Assembly (NCBI RefSeq): GCF_046119375.1
Contig: NW_027362773.1
Span: 4,402,001 to 4,466,000, forward strand
Direction of reading: 5' to 3'
Origin: Phyllobates terribilis
Taxonomy: Eukaryota
Length of the DNA: 64,000 nt
Shown here: positions 58,691 to 64,000 of the stretch, piece after piece
How positions within the stretch are numbered: the first letter of the stretch is position 1
How the letters are laid out: every line of letters starts with the position of its first letter
Translations under genes and position numbers: made by a program
Notes under the pieces: generated by a model
Seen by the model: the letters and a program-made list of their open reading frames with translations, nothing else
Database searches by the model: none
What the model was told of the DNA's origin: nothing

Positions 58691-59116
58691 TTAAAAGGGT
58701 TGTCCACTACTATTCAAAATAGCCCAATGTATTTTTATGATGATTACGTCCCGCTGCTGTTTCTGCCTGTGAGCGGCGCTATCGCGGGCCTCTCACAGGA
58801 AGCACGTGACCCCCCCGCTGATGTCAAGTCAAGTGAGGCTCTGGGGTCCCCACGGTGGCTGTTGGGTTCTGGGCGGGCTTACCAGCAGCTACTGTGGAAC
58901 GCAGAAGAGGGACCCCCGGATGCATCCGGAATTATGAAGTGAGATCAGCGGATGTCAGAGCCGGCTGCAGCCGGGGCTCACGTGATGCCTGTGAGCAGCC
59001 AGTGATAGCGCCGCTCACAGGCAGAAACAGCAGAGGAAGGTAATTAGAAAGAAGCTTCTATTCAGCATAAAAAAACACATCGGGCTATTTTGAATAGTAG
59101 TGAACAACCTCTTTAA
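58691..59116. mobile_element. Palindromic T2-type MITE
   Basis: TTAA at both ends; TIR AAGGGTTGTCCACTACTATTCAAAATAGCCC / GGGCTATTTTGAATAGTAGTGAACAACCTCT. Confidence 0.8.
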
Positions 59117-61384
59117 TGGTATATATACTATCAATATTAATTTTATGTCTTATCTGTGAAATTATAGTACTCCATCATGTTGTCTTATTCTGTCCTCTTA
59201 TTGTCACAGTAGTCACTATTGTCCACCATCCATCATGACATCACAGATATTTATATTATGTTTATTAATATATTAATCACTGTTTTAGATTATATGTACG
59301 GTTTCGCGTTCATTTTTCAATTAACACTTTGGGGGGTTTATTCCCTTACATGTATTCACTTATTAATTTATTTATTCAAATATAACTACCTTTCACATCA
59401 TACTCAGCATCAATCATTCCACTCACATTAATATTTCAGCTTTCTCTCATCTTTTAGACATATTAAGATATAAGGGCAGATTTAAATTTTTCCAGATAAA
59501 GATTATGGTGCTATAGTATGGGCATTAGGCATACGTTATAGCGGGCATTATCCTTTCCAGCTTCCTTTTTCAATAGTCAGGTCAGAAGCATACTTCATCC
59601 CAGCGGCTGTAATGGATCAGTCCAGCGGTGGAGTGGGAGCATCGAGGTTCAGTACTCGCGGTCTGAAGTGACTGTCATGTCTCTTCTCCGCCTACTATGA
59701 TGGGAAGTGAGAGCCACTGGGCATGTGACCGCGTCCCTAAGACCTCCTCTGCAATGTGGCCAGCTCAGCAGGCGCATGCGCAGAAGTAATCACATATCGG
59801 TGACATCACATAATTAACATCTTACTATTGGACAATTTGGATATTTAAACTCACACGGCCTCCCCACTCAGACACGCCCCTCGAAGAAGCTGGGCAAAAC
59901 GTGCAAGTTGGGGCAGGACAGTGGAGCCATTTCACCCTTACACAGTGATTTAGTCTATAGGTAAATAGCACTTTGATTATTGCCAGCCCTTGCTAACTTT
60001 GTCAGCTTACAAGCGATGTTACATATCATTACCCGCAATTGCTTTGATTTACTTCCTGCCTAAATGATGTCCCATATAACAAGCATGTGTTTGTCTTATA
60101 CACTTCATATAGGGAAACACCTTTTAGCTGGGCCCTGCTCTTAAAGGAGCAGTATGTCAGAGTTCTATATTCACTTAGAAATATTTATTACTAACAGGGA
60201 TAAGAGATGTTCTCCCCTTAGTATATTTTCTACATAGAGCATTAGCTTGGTCCACATCTTTATTGCACAAGAGCACTTTAGAAATGGTCACTATCTTGTT
60301 TCCAAAATAATAATATTTTTGCTATTTACTCTGCACTATTGGTTAATTCTGGTATATAAAGCATTTTGCTTGGTCCATATCCTTATTTGCATGATAGCAT
60401 TTTGGAGATAGTTATTATCCTACCTCTAAAGGAAGTGTATTTTTGCTACTTATTTGGCATTATTGGATAATTTTGGTATATAGCTAATCCATCAATAAGA
60501 GTTTGGTCTACATTCTTATTGCACTAAAGCACTTTGCAAACAGTGATTATCCTGTTTTCACATGAACACTGCAGATTCACCTCTAATTGAATGAAGCTTG
60601 TTGGCAGGCACTAACCACTTGGCCTAATCTGGTGTATCAAACCAGAGGCAATTTAATTTATTTATTATTCATGATATTCATTACAAAAATGAGACATTTT
60701 TATAAGGCTGAATATTAATTATACGTCACTTGCTATTTATTTATTACACCAAGGATGTATATTTTTGAGCTCCAGTGTTCTTTCTTAGCACCTATTTTCC
60801 TGTTTTATGTGTTTTTAATATTTTGTCAATAAAATGTATATTTTACATCTCAATTATGTGTCACTTCCAGTGGTTAACAGGCCATACCTAGTACCTGGTA
60901 AGTCTTGTTGAATATATATGTTTATTTTGAAGTGCTAAACGTTTTGTAATATAGGATGAATTTTGTCATAGATTTATAAGCTATGTTCCAATTTACAGAC
61001 CAGACTAGTACATGTAAAATAGCAGGTATCACTGCCACTCATCTGCTTTGAGAAGGGCACATGGAGCCAGTCATATCTGCAATTTGTGTAAGTGACTGAC
61101 CTGAGTTTAACAACTGTTGTGTGCACATAATCTAAAGTATGTATGTACAGCATATAAAACCCATATTATTCCATATTTATCAATCTGCAGAGCATTATAA
61201 CACCTTATCAACCCATTAGTGCATAATTATGTATGTGCACGGTACTGTTGGGGTTCCTGTGTTCGAAGGAGGTTCAGGAACTGAGTCCCCTCCACACATG
61301 GTAGATGTTGGCTATATTACATAGCCGGCATTTGTGTCTAACAGGAAGGGTTGGAGCTAAACCTCAGGAATACTGTTCTAAGTG

Positions 61385-62144
61385 GGAATAAAAGAAATTA
61401 AAAAAAGTTTTATGAAAAAAAAAGTACGGTATGTATATATATAATATATTCAAATCGTCACCGCTTTCCCTCATTTAAAAAAGAACCCGATTTCAAATCT
61501 CTGCGTCCATACAAGTCTGGTTTATGAAAGCATAAAATTCAGTTCAACTAATGTGGAAAATTATGTAAGAAGAGCAAAAATCAATATACCAGAAATTTAT
61601 TTTTTCGGTCATCCCACTTCCCATAAAAAATGCTATAAAAAATAAAAATCAAACCATCATACACACCCCCAAATTGGTATCAATAAACCTGGCAGCTCAG
61701 GACACAAAAAAAAATCAAGTCCTCAATCAGCTCTAATGATGGAAAAATAAAAATTGGTCTCGGAAAATGTCAACACAAAACAAAAAAAAAATCTATACAA
61801 GTCTGGTATCACCATAATCGTACTGACCTGGAGAATAATGCTTACAGGTTACTTTACAGCACAAAAGCACTGTAGAAACAAAAGGAAGAGGGAAAAAAAA
61901 CAACAATGGCGGAATTGCAATTTTTTTCAGAATTTCATCCTACTTGGAGTTTTGTTCCCCAAATTTTTTAGTACATCATATAGAAAAATTAATGGTGTCA
62001 TCCAAAACTACAACATATCATGCGAAAAAACAAACCCTCATATGGTTATGTTGACTGTCAAGTAAAAAAGGTATGGTTCTTGGAAGAAAAAATTAAAACA
62101 CAAAAATGAAATGAATTAAAAACGGTGCTTTTTTAAGGTGTTAA
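61385..62144. mobile_element. 3' fragment of a piggyBac-type non-autonomous element related to 51241-52487
   Basis: A-rich blocks resemble 51740-52487 (CGTACTGACCTGGAGAAT, GTCATCCAAAACTACAAC); ends AAGGTGTTAA. Confidence 0.55.
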
Positions 62145-63256
62145 ACCCAAACTGACATTCCACGTACCGCAAAATGAGTCTGACACACCAAAACACACAT
62201 CTCAAATTTAGTATACTAATATCTTTGTTACACCAAATATAGAATCTTAAAGGGGTTTTCCGAGCTCTTGACACATTTCTACAGACATTCTATGTGACTG
62301 AGGATTACCAAATGATCCATATGCAGTCCGTGTGCACCATCAGTGACACATACCGGCGTCTGGGAAAAGCTTTACAGTTAGCGCTGTTCCCAGGCGCCGG
62401 GTGGTGAATCCAACTCGCATCATCATCGCTTCACCTCCCTGCGCTCAGCATGACCAGGCAACACTGATGACAGCACCCATCGTCTGTGAATAGCGCTTAT
62501 TAAATAAAAAAGGGGTCCCCCTCAATTTTACAAACCAGCTGAGGGAAAGCAGACAGCTGGGGGCTGGTGTTATTATTCTGGGAAGGGGCCAATAGCCATA
62601 AAGGTTCCCAGCCTATTAATAACAGCTGACAGCTATTTGCTTTGCCTTTACTGGTTATTAAAAAGGGGGGACCCAAAAAAAAGTAATAAAGACACACACA
62701 CACACACAGAAAAGTCCTCCTTTAATAGGAAAAATAACTACCCGACAATTCCCCTCATTTTACCATTTATTACCATAGAAATCAAAGTTCTACTCACCTG
62801 TCCGCCGTAATTCCATAATAAAGAGGTCCCCTGATGATCCCCAACTCTGCTACGTACAGATGGTGTGGTGAGCAGTGACATCAATAACGTGACCGCTCAC
62901 CATACCAGCCACAATACTGTGAGAGTACCGTAAGAACCTGGATTCAGTGATGAGCGGTGATGTAATTAAGGCTACTGCAGGTCACAGATCCCATGGTAAG
63001 TTCTGTGTGAGCCGGCCTATGAACTGCAGAAAACTGACATCACCATTCGCAGGGTGAGAAATTTGGAATTACGGCGGACAGGTGAGTATTAGAGGAATTG
63101 TCAAGGAGTTATTTTTTCAATTAAAGGACTTTTCTCTGGGTATGTCTTTATTACTTTTGACTACAAGGTTAGTAATGGGGGTGTCTGATAGACACCTTTA
63201 GCTATGGATTTTTTTTAATTATTAATCATTTTGCATTTTGCAGATCAAGAAAAATA

Positions 63257-63528
63257 CAGTCGGTATGGAAAGTATTCAGACCCCTTTAAATTTTTCACTC
63301 TTTGTTTCATTGCAGCCATTTGGTAAATTCTAAAAAGTTCATTTTTTTCTCAGTAAAGTACATTCTGCACCCCATCTTGACTGAAAAAAAACAGAAATGT
63401 AGAAATTTTTGCAAATGTATTAAAAAAGAAAAACTGAAATATCACATGGTCATAAGTATTCAGACCCTTTGCTCAGACACTCATTTAAATCACATGCTGT
63501 CCATTTCCTTGTGATCCTCCTTGAGATG
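63257..63528 (+). mobile_element. Tc1-type 5' terminal fragment, interrupted by an LTR
   Basis: TA then CAGTCGGTATGGAAAGTATTCAGACCCC; the AAGTATTCAGACCC motif repeats at ~63455 (IR-DR type end). Confidence 0.7.
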
Positions 63529-64000
63529 TGTAACATACCTGGCGGCGTCCTTGCATGGTGGTCCATCTCCCACTGTGCAAGAGGGCGCACTTGATCTCCT
63601 GTCCAGAATGTCTCTCTGGCTTCCCTCCATGTTGTCTGTTTGTGTCTGTGTCTGTTTCTGCTGCTTAAGGGCGGCGCCCGATCACTTCCTGCCTTTTGTA
63701 CCTGCTGTGGGTCACACCCCTTGTGCGTCCTCAGCCTATCGCTGTCTGTCACTTGGTATATAGCTCAGCAGCTTCCTTCTATCCCTGCCTGAGCATATGT
63801 GTTCTTTCAGTGTGTGCTTGCACTCTGAATGTGCCAGGTCCCGTCCTGTTTCCCTGTCTGCCTTTCCTGGAGGCTTATTTCCAGGCCTGTCTGAACTTAG
63901 TCCTGTATGTTTCCTGCCTTGCGGTTTCAGCTCCCGTGTCTGAACTGTGTCCTGTATGTCTCCTGCCTTGCGGTGTCAGCTCCCGTGTCTGAACTGTGTC
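63529..64000 (+). mobile_element. LTR start with ~50 bp tandem repeats, running off the window
   Basis: Starts TGTAACATAC inside the Tc1 end; unit CCTGTATGTYTCCTGCCTTGCGGTKTCAGCTCCCGTGTCTGAACTGTGT present twice at 63902-64000. Confidence 0.55.

Noticed and set aside
59875-59910. Possible degenerate hammerhead ribozyme core of a Penelope-like element (TCGAAGAAG..GCAAAAC)
   Set aside because: Both conserved cores (CTGANGA and GAAA context) are mismatched and I could not build the three stems.
61026-61093. Possible small host exon (open frame VSLPLICFEKGTWSQSYLQF followed by GTAAGT)
   Set aside because: No polypyrimidine tract at the acceptor, no recognisable protein similarity and no neighbouring exons.

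Overview
Anuran (frog)-type genomic DNA made almost entirely of nested transposable elements; no host protein-coding gene is supported. Content: CR1 and L2 LINE remnants, three Tc1/mariner elements with different catalytic spacings (DD34E, DD35E, DD38E), two decayed BED-finger hAT transposons and hAT MITEs, two full-length DIRS1-type tyrosine-recombinase retrotransposons, several solo LTRs, TTAA/TTA-flanked MITEs, a V-SINE-like fragment and mini/microsatellites. The standout is a structurally complete, young 4.86 kb LTR element at 30155-35017: 1211 bp TG..CA LTRs with 5 differences seen by eye, TAAG target-site duplication (TSD), an 18 nt tRNA-Ser primer-binding site (PBS) and a polypurine tract (PPT). 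It has no recognisable gag capsid, protease, RT or integrase. Instead it has one intact 550 aa ORF ending in a cold-shock (Y-box/Lin28-type) nucleic-acid-binding domain. A diverged solo LTR of the same family (17585-18825) conserves a terminal hairpin with a compensatory change and a second, LTR-internal tRNA-Ser-complementary motif. A second oddity is a 1.55 kb TA-flanked foldback element (19153-20704) with four tRNA-like A-box/B-box modules. All calls come from reading the sequence; no database searches were run, so novelty is untested.
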